Notes under the pieces: generated by a model
What the model was told of the DNA's origin: nothing
What the model saw: the letters and a program-made list of their open reading frames with translations, nothing else
Database searches by the model: none
In this document: positions 25,307-32,505 of the stretch, in pieces
How positions within the stretch are numbered: the first letter of the stretch is position 1
Layout of the letters: each line of letters begins with the position of its first letter
Program-made: the position numbers and the translations under genes
Origin: Candidatus Allofournierella pullicola
GTDB taxonomy: Bacteria > Bacillota > Clostridia > Oscillospirales > Ruminococcaceae
DNA length: 64,000 nt
Direction: 5' to 3'
Assembly (NCBI GenBank): GCA_019114225.1
Contig: DXFW01000013.1
Location: 13,260 to 77,259, forward strand

Positions 25307-25714
25307 TCAAACAAATTCCAGAATGCGGCGGGCAGCGTCGGTGATGTAGTCCGCCAGGGGCAGCTCCGGCAGCCCCGCGATGGAAGCCCCGCACCGGGTG
25401 GCGGGGATGAGCACCTTGTGGGCGGGGCTGGAGGCGATGGCCGTGGCCATGGCCGGGCTGCACTCGCCCAGCATGCTGTTGGCCATCACCAGGCCGATGG
25501 GCCCGGCGATGATCTGGGCCTTGCCGGCGTTCCAGATCACCGCGTTCTCGCCGGTGGCTCCGGCGCTGGCCCCCGCCTTGAGCATGGCGGCGGTGGCGGC
25601 GGCGTTGGTGCCCACCGCGATCACTTCGCCGGCGTAGCCCCCGGCGCGGAGTTTTTCAATGAGCGCCCGGCCAAAGCCGCCGCCCTGGCCGTCGATCACA
25701 ACGATTTTTGCCAT
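25307..25714 (-). CDS. DUF3842-family protein (135 aa; family name from memory)
   Basis: MAKIVVIDGQGGGFGRALIEKLR...AVGTNAAATAAMLKAGA..GATGENAV...IIAGPIGLVMANSMLGE resembles DUF3842 proteins of Firmicutes. Confidence 0.7.
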   Translation of the reverse strand: MAKIVVIDGQGGGFGRALIEKLRAGGYAGEVIAVGTNAAATAAMLKAGASAGATGENAVIWNAGKAQIIAGPIGLVMANSMLGECSPAMATAIASSPAHKVLIPATRCGASIAGLPELPLADYITDAARRILEFV

Positions 25715-25735
25715 TTGTCACGTTTCCTTTCTCTC

Positions 25736-27328
25736 TCATAAAAGCGGCGCGAACAGCCGCAGGATGACCCGGAAGGCCCGCTTGGGCAGCGGCACGTTCT
25801 TCACGTCCTCCCAGGTGACCTCGTGGCTCACCTGCATGCAGCGGGTCAGGTCGGCGTGCACGTCCTGCACCATCCGCCCGCCGTAGAACACGCAGCAGTT
25901 CTCAAAGTGAAGGTAAAGGCTGCGGTAGTCCATATTGGCGCTGCCCACCACGGCGGTCTTGTCATCCGAGACGTACATCTTGGCGTGGATGAAGCCGGGG
26001 CTGTATTCAAAAATGCGCACCCCCGCCTTCATCAGCACCGAGTAGTAGCTCTGGGTCACCCAGTAGACGTATTTTTTGTCCGGAATGCCCGGAGTGATGA
26101 TACGCACGTCCACGCCGCTCTTGGCGATGAGGCTCAGGGTGGTGATCATCTCGTTGTCCACCACCAGATAGGGGGTGGCGATGTAGACATAGTCGGTGGC
26201 CTGCTGCAGGATGTTAAAGTAGACGTTTTCCGCCACCGCCTCCTCGTCCAGAGGCGAGTCGCCGTAGGGCTGCACCATGCCGTCGGTGGAAAAGCGAAGG
26301 GTGGGGGCAAACTCCTCCAGCCGGCTGGAAGAGCCGGTGGTGAAGTCCCAGCTTTCCAAAAACAGGGCGGTGAGATTATAGACCCCGCTGCCCCGCAGCA
26401 TGAGGCCGGTGTCCTTCCAAACGCCAAAGCGCTTTTTGCGGTTGATGTATTCGTCCGCGAAGTTCAGCCCGCCGATGAAACCCACATTGCCGTCGATGAC
26501 GGTGATCTTGCGGTGGTCCCGGTGGTTGAACATGGTGTAGTCGGAGATGTGGGCGGAAAGGCGGAAGGGCGAAAAACGCTGGCATTTTATGCCCCATTCC
26601 CGCAGCTGTTCGTCGTAGTCCGCGGGCAGGGTGAGCATGCAGCCCCAGCTGTCGTACAAAAGGCGCACGTCCAGCCCGGCGGCGGCCTTCTCTTTGAGTA
26701 TTTCCAGGGTGGTGTCCCACATATAGCCGGGCTTTAAGATGAAATACTCCATGAAGATGAAGCGCTCGGCCTTTTTCAGTTCTTCCAGAAAGCGGGGGAA
26801 AAACTCTTCGCCCCAGGCGTAGTATTCGCTCTGGGTGTCGGCATAAAGGGGCGCGCCCGCGTTGCGCAACAGATAGCGGGCGCTGCGGGCAAGGCTCTTG
26901 TCCTGCACCTCCAGCCGGTGCAGGGCCTCCGGGTCCTGGGGCAGGGTGCGGCTCAGGCGGGCGCAGATGGAGCCCATGCGCCGGGCGTGGCGGTTGGTGG
27001 TGTTGCGGTGGCCCCAGAACAGATAGAACACCACCCCCAGGGGCGGCATGAGCAGGATGATGAGAATCCACATCATCTTGTAGGCGGGGTTGATTCCGTC
27101 GTGCTCCAAAAGGGCGATCACCGCCAGAACGCTGACCACCACCGCCCCGATGTAGAAGGGGGCGGAAAAGCGCCCCAGCACCACCGGGATGGAGAAGGTG
27201 AGCACGACCTGCAAAAGCAGCAGGATGACAAAGAAGAAGGTGCGGGTGTAAAGGCCTCGGCCCAGCCGGCGCTTGGCCTTGGTGACCTTTTGCCGGGCTT
27301 TCTTGATCGGTTTTTCAGCAGCGGACAC
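25736..27328 (-). CDS. cls: Cardiolipin synthase
   Basis: Two PLD HKD motifs, HRKITVIDGNVGFIGGLNFADEY and HAKMYVSDDKTAVVGSANMDYRS, plus N-terminal TMs. GTG start with AGGAGGAAA SD. Confidence 0.9.
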   Translation of the reverse strand: MSAAEKPIKKARQKVTKAKRRLGRGLYTRTFFFVILLLLQVVLTFSIPVVLGRFSAPFYIGAVVVSVLAVIALLEHDGINPAYKMMWILIILLMPPLGVVFYLFWGHRNTTNRHARRMGSICARLSRTLPQDPEALHRLEVQDKSLARSARYLLRNAGAPLYADTQSEYYAWGEEFFPRFLEELKKAERFIFMEYFILKPGYMWDTTLEILKEKAAAGLDVRLLYDSWGCMLTLPADYDEQLREWGIKCQRFSPFRLSAHISDYTMFNHRDHRKITVIDGNVGFIGGLNFADEYINRKKRFGVWKDTGLMLRGSGVYNLTALFLESWDFTTGSSSRLEEFAPTLRFSTDGMVQPYGDSPLDEEAVAENVYFNILQQATDYVYIATPYLVVDNEMITTLSLIAKSGVDVRIITPGIPDKKYVYWVTQSYYSVLMKAGVRIFEYSPGFIHAKMYVSDDKTAVVGSANMDYRSLYLHFENCCVFYGGRMVQDVHADLTRCMQVSHEVTWEDVKNVPLPKRAFRVILRLFAPLL

Positions 27329-27420
27329 GGCGTTTTCCTCCTTTCTTCCTGATACAACGAGGTTCTACCGGATATTATAACACAAATCGACCCGCCGCAC
27401 CAACGAAGGGGCCCGGCGGC

Positions 27421-27447
27421 AAAAAAAGCCCCGGCAAAAGCCGGGGC
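27421..27447 (-). terminator. Intrinsic terminator after the PPIase gene (minus strand)
   Basis: GCCCCGGC-aaaa-GCCGGGGC. The plus-strand A7 run gives the minus-strand T7 run. Confidence 0.8.
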
Positions 27448-27457
27448 AAATCTGGTT

Positions 27458-28237
27458 TTATTCCGCGGCAGAGCCGGAAGCGGGCGCGGAGGCGGGGGCC
27501 GAAGCGGGCTCAGGGTCGGGCGCGCCGTAGGTGGAGATGGTCACCGAGTTGATGGTCACCGGCTCCAAAATCTGGCCGTCCTCGCCCTTTTCGCCGCCGG
27601 CGATGGCGTCCACCACGTCCATGCCTTCATAGACCTGGCCGAATACCGTGTCGGTGTTGTCCAGATAGGGCAGCCCGCCCACGGCGGCGTAGGCGTCGAT
27701 CACTTCCTGGCGCACGCCCGCGCCTTCCAGCGTCTCGCGGGCGGCCTTGTCCACGCTGGAGGGCAGCGCCTGCACAAAGTAGAACTGGCTGGTGGTGGAG
27801 GGGTCGGCGTCCGGGCTGTTGGCGGCGCACAGCGCCCCGGCGTAGTGGTGCAGCTTGTCGGTGTATTCGTCGGGGAAGGGGTTGCCGTTCCAGATGGTGG
27901 ACCCGCCGAGGCCGGTGCCGGTGCCGTCGCCGCTCTGCACCACAAAGCCGTATTCCGCCCGGTGGAAGGTAAGTCCGTTGTAGTAGCCCTGGTTCACAAG
28001 GCCCATAAAGTTGTCCACCGCCATGGGGGCAAGGTCGGGGTAGAGCACCGCGCGCACTTCGCCGGCGCTGGTGTCGAAGATGGCGATGGTGTCGCCCTCG
28101 GCGGGGGCGGTGAACTGCACTTCGGAAGACTCAAAGGCAGGCCGCTTGACGGTATCCCCGGGCTGGGGGTCGCCGCCGCAGCCGGTCAGCACGCCGGCGG
28201 CCATCAGGCAGGCGGCGAGAAAAGCAAAACGTCGCAT
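27458..28237 (-). CDS. Cyclophilin-type peptidyl-prolyl cis-trans isomerase, lipoprotein
   Basis: Lipobox AAGVLTGCGG. Cyclophilin motifs PMAVDNFMGLVNQGYYNGLTFHR..GFVVQSGD and QFYFV. Confidence 0.88.
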   Translation of the reverse strand: MRRFAFLAACLMAAGVLTGCGGDPQPGDTVKRPAFESSEVQFTAPAEGDTIAIFDTSAGEVRAVLYPDLAPMAVDNFMGLVNQGYYNGLTFHRAEYGFVVQSGDGTGTGLGGSTIWNGNPFPDEYTDKLHHYAGALCAANSPDADPSTTSQFYFVQALPSSVDKAARETLEGAGVRQEVIDAYAAVGGLPYLDNTDTVFGQVYEGMDVVDAIAGGEKGEDGQILEPVTINSVTISTYGAPDPEPASAPASAPASGSAAE

Positions 28238-28431
28238 GGTTTTCTCCTTTAACTGGAAAACAGGATGTATCAGTATTATAGCATACGCCGGGGCAAAATA
28301 GCAGGGGGGAGGGCAAAAAGTTTCACATCCGGCCTCCGGCGATTGGGGATTGACGGCGGCGAAAAAACAGGTTACACTAAGACCAGAAAGAACCGGCGGC
28401 CCCGTGCCGCCCGTGAAAAGAGGAGAACGCC

Positions 28432-28758
28432 ATGGCCGAGACCAAAGTGCCCCCCACCGCGCAGGAAGAGGACGATTACACCCCCGATCTCATCACTCTG
28501 GAAGACGAGGACGGCAAAGAGCACGTCTTTGAAGTGATCGACGCGGCAGACCTGGACGACACCCACTATATGGCGCTGGTGCCCTATGTGGAGGACGAGA
28601 AGCAGCTGGAGGAGACCGAGGCTGAGCTGATCCTGATGAAGGTGGGCGAGGACGAAAACGGCGAGTATCTTGACATCGTCGAGGACGACGAAGAGCTCTT
28701 CAAAGTGAGCAAGATGTTCGAAAAGCGCCTGCAGGAGTTCTTCGACATCGAGCAGTAA
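28432..28758 (+). CDS. DUF1292-family acidic protein (108 aa)
   Basis: ITLEDEDGKEHVFEVIDAADLDDTHYMALVP....ELILMKVGEDENGEYLDIVEDDEEL is the typical DUF1292 pattern. Confidence 0.8.
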   Translation: MAETKVPPTAQEEDDYTPDLITLEDEDGKEHVFEVIDAADLDDTHYMALVPYVEDEKQLEETEAELILMKVGEDENGEYLDIVEDDEELFKVSKMFEKRLQEFFDIEQ

Positions 28759-28776
28759 GCAAGCGGCATTCCTGCC

Positions 28777-28805
28777 TTGTTCGACTTGTTGCGGCTTGAT
28801 ATAAT
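28777..28805 (+). promoter_or_regulatory. Strong extended -10 promoter (TTGTTC-17 nt-TGaTATAAT) driving the sRNA candidate
   Basis: TTGTTC at 28777-28782, TG at 28797-28798, TATAAT at 28800-28805. Starts only 19 nt after the DUF1292 stop. Confidence 0.6.
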
Positions 28806-28811
28806 CCTACT

Positions 28812-29017
28812 AATCAAATCCAGGGAGCCCGGCGGTTGCCCGGCAGATTGCAGACCTCCCGCCCCGCGCATGCGCGGAGCAAGACGGACGAAGGGAGCGA
28901 GAAACCGGGCACAGGGCACCCACCTGCCATCCGGTAGGTTTTGATTGGTCGCAGACGGCAAGGCGGGGCCTTTATAGAAAAAACAGGGACGCACCCGAAC
29001 GGGCGCGTCCCTGTTTT
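28812..29017 (+). ncRNA. Candidate stand-alone structured sRNA (about 140-nt rod-like core plus terminator); identity unresolved, 6S-like architecture possible
   Basis: No ORF. The 5' end CUAAUCAAA (28810-28818) pairs with UUUGAUUGG (28940-28948). Internal helices are UUGCCCGG/CCGGGCA and CUCCC/GGGAG, with apical hairpin CCGCGCAUGCGCGG near the midpoint. It has its own promoter and a terminator, and the next gene is convergent. Confidence 0.45.
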
Positions 29018-29023
29018 GCGTTT
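28975..29023. terminator. Bidirectional intrinsic terminator (sRNA candidate and LUD gene)
   Basis: AAAAAAC-AGGGACGCACCCG-aa-CGGGCGCGTCCCT-GTTTTGCGTTT. Confidence 0.85.
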
Positions 29024-29026
29024 GGT

Positions 29027-29662
29027 TCAAAAGCCCAGCGGTTCGCCCACCAGCAGCACCTTGATACGGCCGGGGATCCGCTGAAAACTGTGGATGGCGG
29101 TGGTGCAGCAGATACGGGCGGGGCTGTGGCAGTGCTCGCATTTGCCGGTGACGGCGCAGGGCGTGGCGCAGGAAAGCCGCACCGTGTTGGCCGGCGCGGC
29201 AATGGCCTCCACCCGCTCCTTCGCGGCGGCAAGGTCCTTCACGATCTTGTTGCAGCCCACCACCAGAAGCACGTTCTCGGGGCCGAAGGTGATGGCCGCC
29301 ACCCGGTTGGAATTGCCGTCCACATTGTAAATTTCGCCCGCCTCGGTGAGGGCGTTGGCGCTGGCCAGGTACCAGTCGGCGCTGAACACCCGGCGGTAGA
29401 GTTTGCCCAGCTCCTCGCCCGCAAGGCCGGTGCGGTCCAAAAACTCATAGCGGCCGCTGGCCAGAAGGTCCATGACCCCCGTCTCGGCCAGGGTCATGCT
29501 GCCGCCGTTTGCCACCGTGGCCCCTTCCGGGATGAGCTTTTCCACAAACTCCCGCACCCCGGCGGCGTCGGGCAGATACCAGCCCTCCATGTTGTTGGCC
29601 TTCAAAGCGGCGATCACCCGCTTTGCGCGCTTTTCAATGTTGTCTTTCACGGCGTCATGCAT
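29027..29662 (-). CDS. LUD-domain (lactate utilisation LutC/YkgG-like) protein, 211 aa
   Basis: MHDAVKDNIEKRAKRVIAALKANNMEGWY...GGSMTLAETG...NALTEAGEIYNVDGNSNRVAAITFGPENVLLVVGCNKIV. AAGGAGG SD precedes ATG 29662. The 549-aa track ORF is an upstream read-through artefact. Confidence 0.8.
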   Translation of the reverse strand: MHDAVKDNIEKRAKRVIAALKANNMEGWYLPDAAGVREFVEKLIPEGATVANGGSMTLAETGVMDLLASGRYEFLDRTGLAGEELGKLYRRVFSADWYLASANALTEAGEIYNVDGNSNRVAAITFGPENVLLVVGCNKIVKDLAAAKERVEAIAAPANTVRLSCATPCAVTGKCEHCHSPARICCTTAIHSFQRIPGRIKVLLVGEPLGF

Positions 29663-29767
29663 GCTTCGTTCCTCCTTGTTCTTTTGCCTTATTATAGCAC
29701 ATTGACAGAGAGGAAGGAACGTGTAGAATAAGAAGGAGACCCATTCTGCGAAAGAAGGAGAGCCCCC

Positions 29768-30661
29768 ATGGCAAAACGACTGCGCGCCGGCGATGTGATC
29801 CCGGAGTTCCGCTTCGACACCCCCTATCACCCCCAGCAGAGCTTCTATGAGCTTCTGGAAGGGGAAAAGCCGGTGTTCGTTGTGTTCCTGCGAAACTTCG
29901 GCCATCCGCTCACCCGGCACTACATCATGGAATACATCAAGTCCGCCGGTTCGCTGCGCAGCGCCCGGCTGGTGTGCGTTGTGCAGACCAAGCCCCAGAC
30001 CATCTCCAGGGCCATCCCCGAGGGTGCCATGCCCTACGGGCTGATGTGCGACGCCGAGAGCGTGCTCTATCGCTTCTTTGCCGTGCCCAGCGAAAAAAGC
30101 CGGATGAAGTGTTTCTCCCTCAAAGGGATGAAGATCATCAACGAAGCCAAAAAACAGGGCTTCCGCCCGAAGCCGGGGGAAGAATGGCAGCTGCCCCTGA
30201 CCCTGCTGGTGGGCCCTGCGGGCCGGGTGCTCCTTGCCCATTACGGCGCCACCGTCACCGACCTGCCGGAGGACTGCGCCGCCATGGAGGAACTGGCTGC
30301 TGACCTGCTGCCCGCCCTGCCCGCCGAATGGCTGGCTGCGGCCCCCGCCGCCCCCGTGGCGGACAGCTTCAGCGCCGCCTTCGGCGCAGCCGCCGCTGTG
30401 CCCGCCGAGCCCGCGCCGGTAGCCGTGCAAGCGCCCGGTGATTCCTTCGGCACCGGGTTCGACACCCCGCTGGACGCCGCCCCGGCTCCTGTGCCGGAGC
30501 AGGCGGCCGGACCCGCCGCCGAGGAGGCGTTCGGCGCGTCGCTGGAGGAGTTTGAAGTCCCGGCCGCGCCCGCTGCCCCGGCTGCGCCTGCGGTGCAGCC
30601 CGAGGCGCCCAAGGCCCCGGCGGTGGACTTTGCCGCCCTGGGCTTCGGCCCGGGCAATTGA
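29768..30661 (+). CDS. Thioredoxin-fold AhpC/TSA(redoxin)-like protein lacking the active-site Cys, with an Ala/Pro-rich C-terminal tail (297 aa)
   Basis: GDVIPEFRFDTPY....KPVFVVFLRNFGHPLTRHY aligns to the peroxiredoxin-like FxRxxWCPxCR block, with G-H and T in place of the two Cys. Residues from about 185-297 are low-complexity. Confidence 0.6.
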   Translation: MAKRLRAGDVIPEFRFDTPYHPQQSFYELLEGEKPVFVVFLRNFGHPLTRHYIMEYIKSAGSLRSARLVCVVQTKPQTISRAIPEGAMPYGLMCDAESVLYRFFAVPSEKSRMKCFSLKGMKIINEAKKQGFRPKPGEEWQLPLTLLVGPAGRVLLAHYGATVTDLPEDCAAMEELAADLLPALPAEWLAAAPAAPVADSFSAAFGAAAAVPAEPAPVAVQAPGDSFGTGFDTPLDAAPAPVPEQAAGPAAEEAFGASLEEFEVPAAPAAPAAPAVQPEAPKAPAVDFAALGFGPGN

Positions 30662-30681
30662 CACGGGGAGGAACAAAAAAC

Positions 30682-31581
30682 TTGAAACAGGATCTGAAAT
30701 ATCTGCCCATGCTGGCGCTCACCGCCCTCATCTGGGGCTCCGCCTTTGTGGCGCAGAGCGTGGGCAATGAGTATGTGGGCTCCTTCACCTTCAACGCGGT
30801 GCGCAGCGTGCTGGGCGGCGCGGTGCTGCTGCCCATGATGCCGCTGCTGGATCGCCTGTCCAAAAACCGGCGGGAGGCCGTGACCCCCGCCGACCGGAAG
30901 AACCTCTGGCTGGGCGGCACCCTGTGCGGTGTGGTGCTGGGCCTTGGCAGCGGCCTGCAGCAGTGGGCGCTGGAATACGCCAATGTGGGCAAGGTGGGCT
31001 TCATCACCGCCCTCTACATCATCATCGTGCCGCTGCTGGGTATCTTTTTCCACCGGCAGCCCGGCGCCCAGGTGTGGGCGGCGGTGGCCGTTGCCCTGGG
31101 CGGGCTGTATCTGCTTTGCTGGAACGGCGGCCTGGCCATCGGCCCGGGGGAGCTGCTGCTCTTCGGGTGCAGCGGCCTGTTCAGCCTGCACATCCTCATC
31201 GTGGACCACTTTTCGCCCCTGGTGGACGGCGTCAAGCTCTCCTGCATTCAGTTCTTTGTGGCGGGCCTGTTCTGCTCGGTGCCCGCGCTGCTGTTTGAAC
31301 AGCCCACCCTGAGCGGCATACTGGGCGCCTGGGGCCCCATCCTCTACGCCGGCGTGCTCAGCTGCGGCGTGGCCTACACCCTGCAGGTGGTGGCGCAAAA
31401 GCATGTGGAGCCCACCCTGGCCAGCCTGACCCTGAGCCTGGAAAGCGTGTTCAGCGTGCTGGCGGGCTGGCTGCTGCTGCACCAGACCCTCACCGCCCGG
31501 GAACTGGGCGGCTGCGTGCTGATGTTCTGCGCCATCGTGCTGGCACAGCTGCCGTCGCGCAAAAAGGCGGCCAAAGCCTGA
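30682..31581 (+). CDS. DMT-superfamily (EamA-type) transporter
   Basis: 10-TM profile. LALTALIWGSAFVAQSVG and a second EamA repeat. TTG 30682 sits 9 nt after GGGGAGGA (alternative ATG at 30709). Confidence 0.8.
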   Translation: MKQDLKYLPMLALTALIWGSAFVAQSVGNEYVGSFTFNAVRSVLGGAVLLPMMPLLDRLSKNRREAVTPADRKNLWLGGTLCGVVLGLGSGLQQWALEYANVGKVGFITALYIIIVPLLGIFFHRQPGAQVWAAVAVALGGLYLLCWNGGLAIGPGELLLFGCSGLFSLHILIVDHFSPLVDGVKLSCIQFFVAGLFCSVPALLFEQPTLSGILGAWGPILYAGVLSCGVAYTLQVVAQKHVEPTLASLTLSLESVFSVLAGWLLLHQTLTARELGGCVLMFCAIVLAQLPSRKKAAKA

Positions 31582-31584
31582 AAA

Positions 31585-31627
31585 TCAAAAAGGCCCCGGA
31601 GCATTGCTCCGGGGTCTTTCTTTTTCT
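31585..31627. terminator. Bidirectional intrinsic terminator (DMT and DUF554 genes converge)
   Basis: GGCCCCGGAGC-att-GCTCCGGGGTC with an A-run upstream and TTTCTTTTTCTT downstream. Confidence 0.8.
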
Positions 31628-32314
31628 TCAGACAAGGCCCAAGGCGGCCCGGGCCAAAAACCACGCTGCCGGCGCCAGAAGCGAGGGCAGCAGGTTGAGG
31701 GTCTTTGTTTCGCGAATGTTCAAAATGGACAGGCCTGACGCGGCGATGAGCACACCGCCCACGATGGACAGCTCGCACATCACGTCGCCGCTGAAAAAGC
31801 CCTCCAGCACGCTGGCGCCCAGATAGATGGACCCCTGCCAGCAGAAGAGCACCACACCGGCGGCGCACATGCCCGGCCCGTAGGCCGAGCCCAGCACCAT
31901 GAAGGTGACAAAATCCAGCGTGGCGTTGGTGAACAGGAAGGTGTGATCGCCCAAAAGAGCGCTTTGGATGGGCCCCAGGATGGACAGGCTCCCCATGCAG
32001 CACAAAAGAATGCCGGTGGAAAGCCCCTGGCTCAGCTCGGTCTTGGAAAAACGCCGCACCAGGCGGGTGAAGGCCCCGTCGATGTCCAGCGCGGTGCCGA
32101 TGACGCTGCCCACCGCCAGGCTGGCAATGAACAGCACCGGAAAACGGCTCACCGAAAGGTTTTTCACCACCGTCTGCGTGCCCAGAAAAACAGCGGCAAA
32201 GCCCATGGCGGTGTAAAGCGCCTGCTGGTACTTCTCCGCGAGGCCGCGCCGCAGGGCGCTGCCCAGAAGGCTGCCCGCCAGAATGGCGGAGGTGTTTACG
32301 ATGGTGCCCAGCAT
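31628..32314 (-). CDS. DUF554-family membrane protein (YdfK/YqgA-like)
   Basis: MLGTIVNTSAILAGSLLGSALRRGL...MGFAAVFLGTQ is the typical DUF554 N-terminus. ATG 32314 is preferred over the track start 32506. Confidence 0.8.
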   Translation of the reverse strand: MLGTIVNTSAILAGSLLGSALRRGLAEKYQQALYTAMGFAAVFLGTQTVVKNLSVSRFPVLFIASLAVGSVIGTALDIDGAFTRLVRRFSKTELSQGLSTGILLCCMGSLSILGPIQSALLGDHTFLFTNATLDFVTFMVLGSAYGPGMCAAGVVLFCWQGSIYLGASVLEGFFSGDVMCELSIVGGVLIAASGLSILNIRETKTLNLLPSLLAPAAWFLARAALGLV

Positions 32315-32505
32315 ATGCGGCACGCGCCCCTTTCTTTTTAAAAACTCACAGCCAGTATTATAAAACGCCTGGGCGGGTGATTGCAAGGCTGTGCGTAAAA
32401 TTTGCAAAAGGGGCGCGGCGCGGTTGCAACCCCCGCCGCTTTCTTCTATAATAAAGAAGATGAAGTCCCGCTTTCCGGCGGGGCCCCGAAAAAGGAGACG
32501 ACGCA

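Noticed and set aside
28812-28950. Cobalamin riboswitch interpretation of the structured RNA (fragments AGGGAG, CCCGCC, GAAGGGAGC and ACCUGCC vaguely recall the B12 element and B12 box).
   Set aside because: The diagnostic GGUGnAAnUCC hairpin and GCCACUG are absent. The B12-box match is limited to ACCUGCC, and there is no downstream gene on this strand. It is kept only as something cmscan would settle.
28812-28950. SRP (4.5S/scRNA) interpretation of the structured RNA.
   Set aside because: There is no GGAA/GNRA-capped helix 8 and no GGAAGCAGCC-like motif. The apical loop is CAUG/AU.
29027-30676. 549-aa minus-strand ORF that suggests a large protein.
   Set aside because: Only the last 211 aa (from MHDAVKD at 29662, preceded by AAGGAGG) look like a real LUD-domain protein. 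The upstream 338 codons are antisense to the redoxin-like gene and are Gly/Arg-rich noise.
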